Below are positions 28,847 to 37,704 of a stretch of 64,000 nucleotides of DNA, in pieces. The DNA comes from Candidatus Lloydbacteria bacterium RIFCSPHIGHO2_02_FULL_50_18. GTDB taxonomy: Bacteria; Patescibacteriota; Minisyncoccia; Phycocordibacterales; UBA6899. The translations under genes were made by a program, and so were the position numbers. Within the stretch, counting starts at the first letter, position 1; the number at the start of each line of letters is the position of its first letter. The notes under the pieces are model-generated. The model had not been told where the DNA came from, did no database searches, and saw only the letters and a program-made list of their open reading frames with translations. Location: NCBI GenBank assembly GCA_001821395.1, contig MHLM01000014.1, positions 160,001 through 224,000 of the forward strand, written 5' to 3'.

Positions 28847-29128
28847 ATGCTTACGAAAGATGACATCATTAAGGCGCTCAAGACCGTCGAAGATCCCGAA
28901 ATACATATTGATGTGTATACACTTGGACTTATCTACAATATCGACATCAATGATGCGGGGATAGACATCTTGATGACGCTCACGACGCCTTTTTGTCCGT
29001 ATGGCAATCAGATCGTGCAGGCCGTCGAGAAAGCACTCAAGCCATTCGGACTTGAGGTACGCGTTGAGATCACGTTTGAGCCCGAGTGGGTTCCACCTGA
29101 GGATGTAAGAATAGCCCTGGGGATATAA
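28847..29128 (+). CDS. sufT: DUF59/MIP18-family Fe-S assembly protein (SufT-like)
   Basis: VEDPEIHIDVYTLGLIYNIDI...PFCP. Confidence 0.7.
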   Translation: MLTKDDIIKALKTVEDPEIHIDVYTLGLIYNIDINDAGIDILMTLTTPFCPYGNQIVQAVEKALKPFGLEVRVEITFEPEWVPPEDVRIALGI

Positions 29129-29198
29129 TAATTTGACAAAAGCATAAAAAGAAGTCTAACTAGTACTAGAAGTTGTACTCGTTGACGATGATGTGAAT

Positions 29199-29249
29199 TT
29201 GCCATAGCCAAAAGTCCTTTGATGAGCTCAGGATTTCTGGCTGTGGCAA
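29199..29249 (+). promoter_or_regulatory. conserved long imperfect hairpin (copy 1), candidate structured 5'-UTR element
   Basis: TTGCCATAGCCAAAAGTCC-[TTTGATGAGCTCA]-GGATTTCTGGCTGTGGCAA; 43 nt identical to copy at 30088-30130. Confidence 0.6.
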
Positions 29250-29300
29250 ATCTCAATTCCGAGAAACCAGAGCAGTGCGACCTCATTTGAGGGAGCAATT

Positions 29301-29909
29301 TTGAAAAGGAGACCCATCATGGGGAAACTTATCACAGAGACACCGTACTCGGAGATTACTGCAACGATGGAGTTGCTCGATTCTTTTGGTGTGTCACGGG
29401 AAGATCTGACTCGGTTCAGGAAGGCTTCGTGGGAATTGAAGACGAGGGTGGCTGGCCTCATCATCCATGGCGTCTCTCACAGCGCCACAATATCCGTCGA
29501 CTACAATATGCCTCTCAAGGCAATGATTGTCTCCGGGCTTTACGATTGGGTGAACAAGAATATCACTGAAGAACACTTCCCGATTGCGGAAAGTGGAGTG
29601 GCAAATATCACGGTTGAGCTGGTGCAGTTTGGTCGAAAGATTTTATTCGATGATGCCGTCGCCGAATTGCGTCGTCGCGATTTACGCCCCGCAACCCTGG
29701 CCGAGCTCCTTGCGTTCGGTAATGCGTTCCCCATGGAGCAGTGTAGGTACCCTATTGTGGCGCTTGGCTCCGATGCGATCGTCGACCGCCTTCGGTACGT
29801 CGCATTTATCAGCAAAGAGGGTTCGGATCGGGTTCTCGACCTCGAGTCTACGTTCGGTTATTTTTTTGGCAACGCTCGTTTTCTTGCCGTGTGCAACAAA
29901 GATCTATGA
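29301..29909 (+). CDS. hypothetical protein, cassette paralog A (202 aa)
   Basis: AAAAGGAG RBS; weak similarity to 30200..30799 product. Confidence 0.55.
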   Translation: MKRRPIMGKLITETPYSEITATMELLDSFGVSREDLTRFRKASWELKTRVAGLIIHGVSHSATISVDYNMPLKAMIVSGLYDWVNKNITEEHFPIAESGVANITVELVQFGRKILFDDAVAELRRRDLRPATLAELLAFGNAFPMEQCRYPIVALGSDAIVDRLRYVAFISKEGSDRVLDLESTFGYFFGNARFLAVCNKDL

Positions 29910-29955
29910 TCCTCGTTTCTCGGGTCTACTTTGTAACCTATTGACCGTCAATATC

Positions 29956-29997
29956 GTCCCGCGCATGTATGCAAATACAGCGCGGGACTTTTAAATT
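29956..29997 (+). terminator. cassette terminator (copy 1), loop ATGTATGCAAATACA
   Basis: GTCCCGCGC/GCGCGGGAC 9-bp stem + T-run. Confidence 0.7.
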
Positions 29998-30082
29998 GAC
30001 AAAAGTGCCACTTGGATTAGGTTGAAGGTATTGTTCTTGGTTTTTTAATGCAGGCGTGCATTCCTGTATGGGGTAGGTCGGT

Positions 30083-30131
30083 GGTCATAGCCAAAAGTCC
30101 TTTGATGAGCTCAGGATTTCTGGCTGTGACC
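30083..30131 (+). promoter_or_regulatory. conserved long hairpin (copy 2)
   Basis: GGTCATAGCCAAAAGTCC-[TTTGATGAGCTCA]-GGATTTCTGGCTGTGACC; outer bases covary with copy 1. Confidence 0.6.
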
Positions 30132-30199
30132 AACGTAGGCCACAGCTCCACCTCGGATGAGAGGAAAATCTACGCACAATTGAGTGCAAGGAGAATGAT

Positions 30200-30799
30200 A
30201 TGATTAGAGAAAGATTGGCGATCGCTGATGTCACTGGTGGGCAATTGAATGCCATCGTCAAAAAGATCAAAAAAGCTGGCGGAGTTGATGGCGTCCAACG
30301 CTTCTTGTCCGACGAACTCATCGTCACCGCAAAGGAAGACACCATCATCCGCATCACGCGTCCGGTCAAACCGACCTACCCCGACTGGGTGAAACAGGTG
30401 ATGCACCCAGAACTAGAAGACGTGGGTCCAGGCGAGTACGATCTCGCTTCCATCGACCTATGGCTCGATGAGCGACAGATGAAGAGTAGTGACTACATGA
30501 GACAGATGGGGCGGGTCTACGGAAGCGTTATCTACGAAGATTTCAAACACAACGACAGACTTAAAACCTGTCTCGGCCTCCGAGATGCCGAGGAGATCCA
30601 AAAGAAGGGCCCCGCCGTTTTCCGCCGATGCTTCGGCAAGAAAGCGTTGTGCTTTTGGAAGTCGGTTGTCTGCAGCACGGATCTTAATCTCCACGTCCCG
30701 TGTATCTACGTGTTAAATGATGATGTGGTGATAAGTTGGTACCGGCTCGACCTTCACTGGTCGAGCGACGACAACCTTGCGGCGCGTTTCACAAGTTAG
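30200..30799 (+). CDS. hypothetical protein, cassette paralog B (199 aa)
   Basis: CAAGGAG RBS; shares short motifs with paralog A. Confidence 0.55.
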   Translation: MIRERLAIADVTGGQLNAIVKKIKKAGGVDGVQRFLSDELIVTAKEDTIIRITRPVKPTYPDWVKQVMHPELEDVGPGEYDLASIDLWLDERQMKSSDYMRQMGRVYGSVIYEDFKHNDRLKTCLGLRDAEEIQKKGPAVFRRCFGKKALCFWKSVVCSTDLNLHVPCIYVLNDDVVISWYRLDLHWSSDDNLAARFTS

Positions 30800-30849
30800 T
30801 TCTTTGGGTTCGGTCACTATGTCTTTGTGATATTCTGACCCTCGATATC

Positions 30850-30894
30850 GCCCCGCGCATGTATGCAAATACACCGCGGGGCTTTTTGTTTTTA
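30850..30894 (+). terminator. cassette terminator (copy 2), same loop
   Basis: GCCCCGCG/CGCGGGGC stem, T-run; stem differs from copy 1 by compensatory T-A to C-G change. Confidence 0.7.
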
Positions 30895-30966
30895 CCCCCC
30901 ATGATTCATTTTTGGGATAAAAAATCTCCGCGATCGCGGAGATATTTTAATTTATAGAATTCCTTG

Positions 30967-31749
30967 CTACTTCGCCGAAGGGGCGGCGATAATACCATCA
31001 AGCAAAGATTTCACATTTTCGAACGGATAGGCTCCGTTCATTGATACCTGCTTTCCGGTCTTCCTGTTCCAGATGATCGAGTAGGGGGTTCCGCGAACGC
31101 CGACGCTCGCGCCGTTCTCAAAATCACGCTGTACGCGAGGAGCATATTTCCCGCTACTCAAACAGGTGGTGAACTTTGCAACATCGACTCCGACCATGCC
31201 GGCGATCTGTGGAAGCATTGTAGCGTCAAGTCCATTGTTACCAGGGGTGATCTCGAATATCTTATCAGCGTATTTCCAGAATGCATCATTACCGCCGAGT
31301 TCATTTGCGCATTCAAGCGCCTCAGCTTCTTTGCGAGCTTTCGGATGCATATCGAGCGGGAAGTGACGATACACCCATGCGACCTGTCCTGATGTACCAT
31401 ATTCCCCGGCGACGAGAAGCATCGTCTCATGGAGTCGCTTGCAGAATGGGCATTCGGTATCCGAATATTCGATGACCACAACATCAGCATCGGGGTTTCC
31501 AAGAATGTGGTCGTCGTTCGTGAGCTTAAGCAGGTTGACGTCGACATTGGCGACCGGGGCGTCTGCTGCGGGTGGGGGTACCCCGCCGGCGGCTAGTGTT
31601 GGTGTTCCTACTGCGGTCTTATTCGAAAAAATGATCGAACCCGCAATGAGTATTCCGGCAAAAACGATCGCGATAGGTATGTTGAGACTGTCATCTCTCT
31701 TGGTGTGGGTAACATGATGCGTGGCCGGCGTTTGATTTTCTTTTTCCAT
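30967..31749 (-). CDS. DsbA-like thiol:disulfide oxidoreductase, membrane-anchored
   Basis: N-terminal TM; CPFC active site in thioredoxin fold. Confidence 0.75.
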   Translation of the reverse strand: MEKENQTPATHHVTHTKRDDSLNIPIAIVFAGILIAGSIIFSNKTAVGTPTLAAGGVPPPAADAPVANVDVNLLKLTNDDHILGNPDADVVVIEYSDTECPFCKRLHETMLLVAGEYGTSGQVAWVYRHFPLDMHPKARKEAEALECANELGGNDAFWKYADKIFEITPGNNGLDATMLPQIAGMVGVDVAKFTTCLSSGKYAPRVQRDFENGASVGVRGTPYSIIWNRKTGKQVSMNGAYPFENVKSLLDGIIAAPSAK

Positions 31750-31879
31750 AAATTTGGCGTATGTGAATAAGCGCTTAAGGTTTGTATTGCGAGTATAACA
31801 TGACAGGGTTATTCACATGAGTTGACAAAAGTGTCTTATCGTGAATAATTATTGCAGGTCTACCAAAAGGAGCATCGTT

Positions 31880-32089
31880 GTGAGCATTCTTACGTTCATC
31901 GAAGAGGCTGTCCGTCGTATGGAGCAAACGGGAGAAGAGTTTTGCGTATCATGCGGGCGTGGCATGGGATTTTCCGCAATGAATACACATGTCGACCATC
32001 CCGTACGATATGAGAATGGCGCCCGCTATGTTGAGGGTAGTGGCCAAGTTTGTGGCGATTGCGCTGCAAAAGAAGACGCAAAGAAGTAA
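31880..32089 (+). CDS. small zinc-ribbon protein (GTG start)
   Basis: AAGGAG 7 nt upstream of GTG 31880; CVSCG...CGDC. Confidence 0.4.
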   Translation: MSILTFIEEAVRRMEQTGEEFCVSCGRGMGFSAMNTHVDHPVRYENGARYVEGSGQVCGDCAAKEDAKK

Positions 32090-32214
32090 TCGGCTCGAGA
32101 AAACCGCATTGATGCGGTTTTTTTATACGGAAGTATTGCCGTTGGGCTGTCCAGTAAAATGTGTTCAGTCGACGAGTAGTTGATTTTATGTCGTAATGGT
32201 ATTAGTATGCAGGA

Positions 32215-32883
32215 ATGCAACGCAACTCAAAACCAAAGAAAAAGCCGTCAGCCAAGCTGCTGCTTCCGCCGAAGACGACGAAGCACTTTAAACCCCAGAC
32301 GGCCTCCGGTGTGCAGGTAAAGTTCAGCCGCGGGATAAGGGGCACGGATAGCATTCTCTTGGACTCAAAGCCTCAGATCGCTTTTGTCGGACGCTCAAAT
32401 GTGGGGAAATCCTCCACTATCAATGCGATATTAGGAGCGGTCGTCGCACGCACGAGTTCGACCCCGGGGAAGACGCAAGAGATCAATTTCTTTGAGGTAG
32501 GAGGAAAGGGGTATTTTGTCGATCTTCCGGGCTACGGCTACGCACGGATGACCGATGACGCTAAGGATAAGATCAGGAAGCACATCGCGTGGTATATCAC
32601 GAGTGGCGAGGCAAAGCCGAAGCTCCTCGTGCTTATTTTGGATGCGCGCGTCGGCGCGACCGAACACGACTATGAGCTTGTTTCACTTGCGCGGCAGGAA
32701 GGACACCCATTGCTCATTATTGCCAACAAGATTGATAAACTTTCCGGTAACGATCGTCCGAAGGTCATGGCAAAGCTCGTCGAAGAATTTCCCGATGCCG
32801 ACATCATCCAATTCTCGGCATCAAAGAAAGAGAATGTCACACTCGTGCGTAAAATACTTTTTGGTCTCCTTGGGATCAAGTGA
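32215..32883 (+). CDS. engB: ribosome biogenesis GTPase EngB (YihA/YsxC)
   Basis: IAFVGRSNVGKSSTINAILG...TPGKTQEINFF...FVDLPGYGYA; basic N-terminal extension. Confidence 0.85.
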   Translation: MQRNSKPKKKPSAKLLLPPKTTKHFKPQTASGVQVKFSRGIRGTDSILLDSKPQIAFVGRSNVGKSSTINAILGAVVARTSSTPGKTQEINFFEVGGKGYFVDLPGYGYARMTDDAKDKIRKHIAWYITSGEAKPKLLVLILDARVGATEHDYELVSLARQEGHPLLIIANKIDKLSGNDRPKVMAKLVEEFPDADIIQFSASKKENVTLVRKILFGLLGIK

Positions 32884-33057
32884 GCACTTGCTCCCTTCGC
32901 CCTACGTCGTTCGCGTCGAAAACTTTTTGCTATTTTCTGACAAATAGCTCAATAGGGTTTCTTTTTGCGAAGCTGTCAAGCTAGGCATTTATCCAATCGC
33001 GCTTAGAATGGGGGGAGTTATAGTTCATTGAGAACAACTCTCTAAAGGAGAAATGGT

Positions 33058-34698
33058 ATGAGCACGAAAAAAACTGATGCTCCGCACACTGATGCGAAGC
33101 CTGAGTCAAGTGGTCATGGTTTTTGCCCGAAGTGTGGGAATGGCTGGCTCGTAAAGGACGGTCAGACCACGAACACTGGTAGTGAAAAACAGCGCTACCG
33201 ATGCAGTGCATGTGCGCATAAGACAACTGCACCTTCCGCAGAACATCCTGCCGACGTAGTGACGATGCGCAGTAGTTTGCCGACGGCAAAACGCTACATC
33301 ATCACCGCTGCACAAAATGCGACGCCAATTCATAGGCCGACGTGGCTATCACTTCTTTGTGCGGCAAAGTATTACGATGCCGAACTCGTTGTGATCCCCG
33401 GTCGGTATAAGAATCCGACCAGTCAGTGGACGCAAAACAATAAGGACCATGAATGGTGGGATGAGGCGGTTGTGCCATATTTGTGCAACGGATGGATCGC
33501 GCTCAATGACCGACTGTTGATCCTTGGTGACGTGAAGGTACAGTGGGCGGCACGTCAGCCGCTTGTTGGACTGGACGCACTCACCAAAGACAAGAGCGGC
33601 ATTGTTGGCCACGGCTCTCGCGGAATGCGATCCGTTGCAACTCCGCAACACAAGCATCCCAAGATCATGATGACGACGGGAGCATGTACGGTGCGCAATT
33701 ACACCGATACGAAGCAAGGCAAGCTCGGAAAGTTCGCTCACTGCCTCGGTGCTTTGATCGTTGAAGTGGACATCGATGATGTATTTCACATCCGTCAGTT
33801 GAATGCGACCAAGCAGGGGAGTTTCATTGATCTTGATATGGAATTCACTCCCGAAGGAGCCCGTCCCGCGAAGCCCGCCCTGTCGATCTCGATGGGTGAT
33901 ATTCACCAGCGATGGATCTTACCTGATGTGGTCAAGGCAACCTTTACTGCACCGGATAGTCTGGTGAAGATGATCAATCCGCGTTATCTCTTTTGGCATG
34001 ACACGGTTGATTTTCATTCGCGCAACCATCATCATCAAGATGATTGGATCACCAAATTCGCAAAGTGGAAATATGGGATCGAGTGTGTGCGCACTGAGGT
34101 TGAGGATGCGATACGTTTTGTGAATAAGCACACGACGCAAGGGCGCAAGTCGGTTGTCGTATCGAGCAATCATGATCGTGCGATCGCGCGGTGGTTGAAG
34201 GATGCTGATTTCCGAAATGATCCGGTGAATGCGCAGTTCTATCTCGAATGTGCGTATCGCGCAACGGAGAGTGCGCGACTGACCGAGGGCGGCGTCGCGT
34301 TTGATGACCCCTATGTGTCCTATGCACAAATGTTTGCGAAACCAAACGTGCAGTTCTTAAAGCCCGGGGAAAGCAAGGTGCTTGCTCAGGTCGAGTATGG
34401 ATTCCACGGTGACATTGGTCCCAATGGTTCGCGCGGGACGACCAAGAATCTCTCCAAGCTTGGAGTGAAGGTCACGAAGGGGCACAGCCACACGGCCGAG
34501 ATCATCGACGGATGCTACAGTGCCGGCAAATCGACCGGCATGCTCGAGTATGAGCATGGCGGACCGAGTAGCCACACCAACTCCCACGTTGTGCAGTATG
34601 CCAACGGTAAGCGAGCAATTATCATCATCATCAATGGACGGTATTGCTTGAAGCGTCCAAAGAGGGTAATGGTGAAATTATCTACGAAGCCTGTTTGA
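33058..34698 (+). CDS. fusion protein: IS1595/IS1-type transposase zinc-ribbon + calcineurin-like metallophosphoesterase
   Basis: N-terminal CPKCGNGWLVKDGQT..QRYRCSACAHKT; phosphoesterase motifs GDIHQ, SSNHD, GFHGD, GHSH. Confidence 0.65.
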   Translation: MSTKKTDAPHTDAKPESSGHGFCPKCGNGWLVKDGQTTNTGSEKQRYRCSACAHKTTAPSAEHPADVVTMRSSLPTAKRYIITAAQNATPIHRPTWLSLLCAAKYYDAELVVIPGRYKNPTSQWTQNNKDHEWWDEAVVPYLCNGWIALNDRLLILGDVKVQWAARQPLVGLDALTKDKSGIVGHGSRGMRSVATPQHKHPKIMMTTGACTVRNYTDTKQGKLGKFAHCLGALIVEVDIDDVFHIRQLNATKQGSFIDLDMEFTPEGARPAKPALSISMGDIHQRWILPDVVKATFTAPDSLVKMINPRYLFWHDTVDFHSRNHHHQDDWITKFAKWKYGIECVRTEVEDAIRFVNKHTTQGRKSVVVSSNHDRAIARWLKDADFRNDPVNAQFYLECAYRATESARLTEGGVAFDDPYVSYAQMFAKPNVQFLKPGESKVLAQVEYGFHGDIGPNGSRGTTKNLSKLGVKVTKGHSHTAEIIDGCYSAGKSTGMLEYEHGGPSSHTNSHVVQYANGKRAIIIIINGRYCLKRPKRVMVKLSTKPV

Positions 34699-34703
34699 AA
34701 GTA

Positions 34704-34734
34704 ATCCCGCGTCAATGACGCGGGGTTTTTGTTT
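34704..34734 (+). terminator. terminator CCCGCGTCA-A-TGACGCGGG + T-run
   Basis: directly after 34698 stop. Confidence 0.6.
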
Positions 34735-34771
34735 CACGGTGTTTAAAAACATGATATTGGGAAATTTTGTA

Positions 34772-34797
34772 AAAAAACACCCGCACGGGGGTGTTTA
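34772..34797 (-). terminator. probable terminator for ClpP-like gene
   Basis: ACACCCG..CGGGGGTGT imperfect stem, T-run on minus strand. Confidence 0.4.
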
Positions 34798-35463
34798 TTG
34801 GTATTGCGCGACTTCGTCAGCGAGTCCGATCTCAACCGCTTCTTCCGGGGTGATGAACCAGTCGAACTTCATTTTTTCTTTGAGTCGGCTACGTGACCAT
34901 GGTTTTTTCCCGAGGGCTTTAGCTTTCTCATTGATCTTATAAAGGTAGATGTCCTCCATGCTCGTGTTGATACGGTCAGATTCCTGTGCGTGTTTCTGAA
35001 AATCTTTTGAGTGTCCGTAGAAGCCGTCGTTTCCATAGTGGAGGAGCATCGTCGTGTTCGGTGCGATCACGCGCTTGTCCCCAGCTTGATAAATGACGGT
35101 TGCCGCACTCATGAGGTAGCCGTACGCTTCGATGGTGATGTGGTGTCCAGATCGTCTGATGCGGTCATAAATACCAAACATGTGATATGCATCACCTCCC
35201 GGATTGTTGATCTCAATGGTGATGCCAGGGTCCTGTCCTTCTAGGACCGGCCATCGTTCAAGTACCGAGAGTCCGGTTGCGAGTCGTTTCCACATGTCCG
35301 CATCGACGCCGGATTCACCGGAGTCAATGTCTACGGTGGCGCTTGCGAGAATGATCCGCCTTGTCGCGGGATTCACTCCATATTCAAAAAAGAGTTTCAG
35401 CTCATCATCTTTTGTGAGCGGCTTATTAAGAGACTTAGCGAGCGGTTTGCGTCGTTCTGTCAT
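34795..35463 (-). CDS. ClpP-family (S14) serine peptidase-like protein
   Basis: IEINNPGGD, GYLMSAATV (Ser), MLLHYG (His) aligned to ClpP INSPGG/GQAASMG/MIHQP. Confidence 0.65.
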   Translation of the reverse strand: MTERRKPLAKSLNKPLTKDDELKLFFEYGVNPATRRIILASATVDIDSGESGVDADMWKRLATGLSVLERWPVLEGQDPGITIEINNPGGDAYHMFGIYDRIRRSGHHITIEAYGYLMSAATVIYQAGDKRVIAPNTTMLLHYGNDGFYGHSKDFQKHAQESDRINTSMEDIYLYKINEKAKALGKKPWSRSRLKEKMKFDWFITPEEAVEIGLADEVAQYQ

Positions 35464-35580
35464 TTTTTGCTCCCGTTATTTCAGTTATTACATCTCATAT
35501 CACTATACGTACCTTTGTGTAGTTTGCAAACGAATCTGTTGTTCACATGATCAGGGGATACACATTCGTTCGAACGCGCA

Positions 35581-35865
35581 TTGGGCTATATAATGGTGGG
35601 AATGAAGCAGGTTACACTTGAAGTCCTCACCTCACCCGGCTGCGCGCCCTGTCATGATTTTTTGGACTATTGGAAAACAATTGCCGGCGAGTGGACGAAT
35701 GTCAGCATGGAAGAGTGCTCACTCTCGACATCAGAAGGAATGACGCTCGCAGCGAAGCATCGGGTCTTTGCGGTACCGGCGGTCATTCTGAACGGAACAC
35801 TCTTTGCGTCGGGAGCGATTGACACGAGATCGTTCGTCGCTTCACTCAGCGATCTCTCCGAGTAA
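35581..35865 (+). CDS. thioredoxin-like small protein (CAPC)
   Basis: SPGCAPCHDF motif, ~90 aa. Confidence 0.5.
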   Translation: MGYIMVGMKQVTLEVLTSPGCAPCHDFLDYWKTIAGEWTNVSMEECSLSTSEGMTLAAKHRVFAVPAVILNGTLFASGAIDTRSFVASLSDLSE

Positions 35866-35880
35866 AATAATTATTAGGTA

Positions 35881-37242
35881 TTGAGCACACATATGGCACA
35901 ACGATCAACGGGGCTTTTAAGAAAGATCATTATTTTATCGGTTGCAGCCGTCACCATGGTGATCGCGGTCGACGTGCTGCGTGCACTCTTCCCACTACCC
36001 CAATCGTTCGCATCGGGAAGTCTCGGGTGGTATCTTTTCTCGTTCATATCGGGACTCTCTATGATCGTGCTTCCGTGCTCGCTTCCGCTCTTGTTCATCA
36101 TCTTGCCGCTCTCCCAGGGGAAGAGGCCAATGGCGGGTCTTTCGCTCGCACTTGCTTTCGGACTCGGTGTTGCGGTCATGCTCTCTTTGTATGGTGTGTT
36201 CGTCGCACTCTTGGGTGAAACGATCTTTTCGTTCGCGCACATTGAGGCCGATGATATCAAGAATGGTGTCTATTTTATTTCGGGATTTTTTGCGTACCTG
36301 TTTGCGCTCGGAGAGATCGGTCTCATCAACTTTCGCATGCCCTCCTACGTCGGTGTGACGCCCCGCGCTTTTCAAAAACACAACGGCCTCGCACGTGCAT
36401 TTTTTCTCGGTTTATTCCTTGGAAATATCGGTATCGGAAGTCCGCATCCCGCAATGCCGCTCCTCTTGATCGAGAGTGCGTCCTCCGCCGACCTGTTCTA
36501 CGGATGGTCTCTTTTTCTTACTCATGCGATTGGGCGTGTTCTCCCGCTCGTCTTACTCTCTCTTCTCGCGATGTACGGGATGAATAGTGCAGAATGGCTC
36601 CTCACTCGCAAGGAGAGGATCGTGAGCGCAAGCGGGTGGGCAATGGTCTTTGTTGCGGGATTCATTCTCACGCTTGGTCTTTTTTCGCATGATTGGTTCA
36701 CGAACTCAGGGCAGCCGTACGTACTTGAACGAATCACCGGCGGGGAGGTTTCCGGGCTCTCCCTGCATGGTGAGGTTGGGCTGCAGACCATAGGGCGACC
36801 GAATGCCGTTGCGAATGCGGTAGGAATTTTTGGGCAGCCTGCCGCGTGGGGGAACTGGTTCCTTGTTTTTCTTTGGATCATGCCGCTCGTCGCATATTAT
36901 CGTCGTGAAAAACTTCGGGTTTTCCGAACTCCCGCATTTCAAATACAAAAACTCGAACGAGAACTACTTCGCATTGAAGAAGAGCGAAGAGGGATCGAAG
37001 CGGTACTCCATATTCCTCATGGTGTGCAGGGCGCGCGGGTAAAGGAGCTTGAACATCAAATGGATGGTCTCATGAAAGAACGAACCGTGCTTGAGGAAGC
37101 GATGCGCTTCGGAACAAAAAGCGGGATCCGCGATACGGCGTCACAGCGTTATGAAGAGCAGCTCCTTCGTATGCGCCGTAACTGGTACATCACGCTCGCA
37201 CTCTTGCTTGTTCTTACCTTCGCAATATTCTTGCCGCTTTGA
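35881..37242 (+). CDS. CcdA/DsbD-type thiol-disulfide transporter TM domain with C-terminal coiled-coil extension
   Basis: MIVLPCSLPLLF TM cysteine motif; 453 aa multi-TM. Confidence 0.6.
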   Translation: MSTHMAQRSTGLLRKIIILSVAAVTMVIAVDVLRALFPLPQSFASGSLGWYLFSFISGLSMIVLPCSLPLLFIILPLSQGKRPMAGLSLALAFGLGVAVMLSLYGVFVALLGETIFSFAHIEADDIKNGVYFISGFFAYLFALGEIGLINFRMPSYVGVTPRAFQKHNGLARAFFLGLFLGNIGIGSPHPAMPLLLIESASSADLFYGWSLFLTHAIGRVLPLVLLSLLAMYGMNSAEWLLTRKERIVSASGWAMVFVAGFILTLGLFSHDWFTNSGQPYVLERITGGEVSGLSLHGEVGLQTIGRPNAVANAVGIFGQPAAWGNWFLVFLWIMPLVAYYRREKLRVFRTPAFQIQKLERELLRIEEERRGIEAVLHIPHGVQGARVKELEHQMDGLMKERTVLEEAMRFGTKSGIRDTASQRYEEQLLRMRRNWYITLALLLVLTFAIFLPL

Positions 37243-37330
37243 TCCACAAAGAGGGTGTTTCGGTAAGTGATAAAAAAACCACCCAAGTCATCCGCTCATA
37301 CGGATCACTCGGGTGGTATTTTGCCTTGCA

Positions 37331-37687
37331 TTAAATTTGCCCTCGCGTTTGTTTCCAATTCGACCATTCGTGGATGAGACTGATGTCATTCTGTGCATCT
37401 CCGTCACTCGCGGCAGTTCGCCAGGCCACCAACTTGTGCGCATCATCCCGTTTGATCTGCTCGAAAAAAAGGTCAAATTGTTTTCCATTCTTTTCTATCC
37501 AGTCGAAAATGGCCTCATCCGGGAATGCCGGTTGGTCCTCGTTTTCTTTTTGGCAGAGAAATGTCTGGAGGTCATTTTTCAGACTCACCCATTTCTCTCG
37601 CTCTTCTGCACTGGGGATCTCTTCCTCTCCGGTGGGTGTTGCTCTCACCTCCACCTGGTCGGTGTCGTAGACAGTCTCAGCATTCAT
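37331..37687 (-). CDS. acidic hypothetical protein
   Basis: 118-aa ORF. Confidence 0.4.
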   Translation of the reverse strand: MNAETVYDTDQVEVRATPTGEEEIPSAEEREKWVSLKNDLQTFLCQKENEDQPAFPDEAIFDWIEKNGKQFDLFFEQIKRDDAHKLVAWRTAASDGDAQNDISLIHEWSNWKQTRGQI

Positions 37688-37704
37688 GATGTTTGCCCTA
37701 TAGC

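Noticed and set aside
29942-29997. Possibility that the cassette 3' element is an integron attC site
   Set aside because: It has outer GTCAAT...ATTGAC inverted repeats, but lacks the GTTRRRY core and complementary inverse core. Copy 2 is a plain hairpin plus T-run, so it reads as a rho-independent terminator.
33058-33240. IS1595/IS1 transposase call for the zinc-ribbon gene
   Set aside because: Only the N-terminal ribbon matches. The rest carries phosphoesterase motifs and no DDE triad, and no terminal inverted repeats flank the gene.
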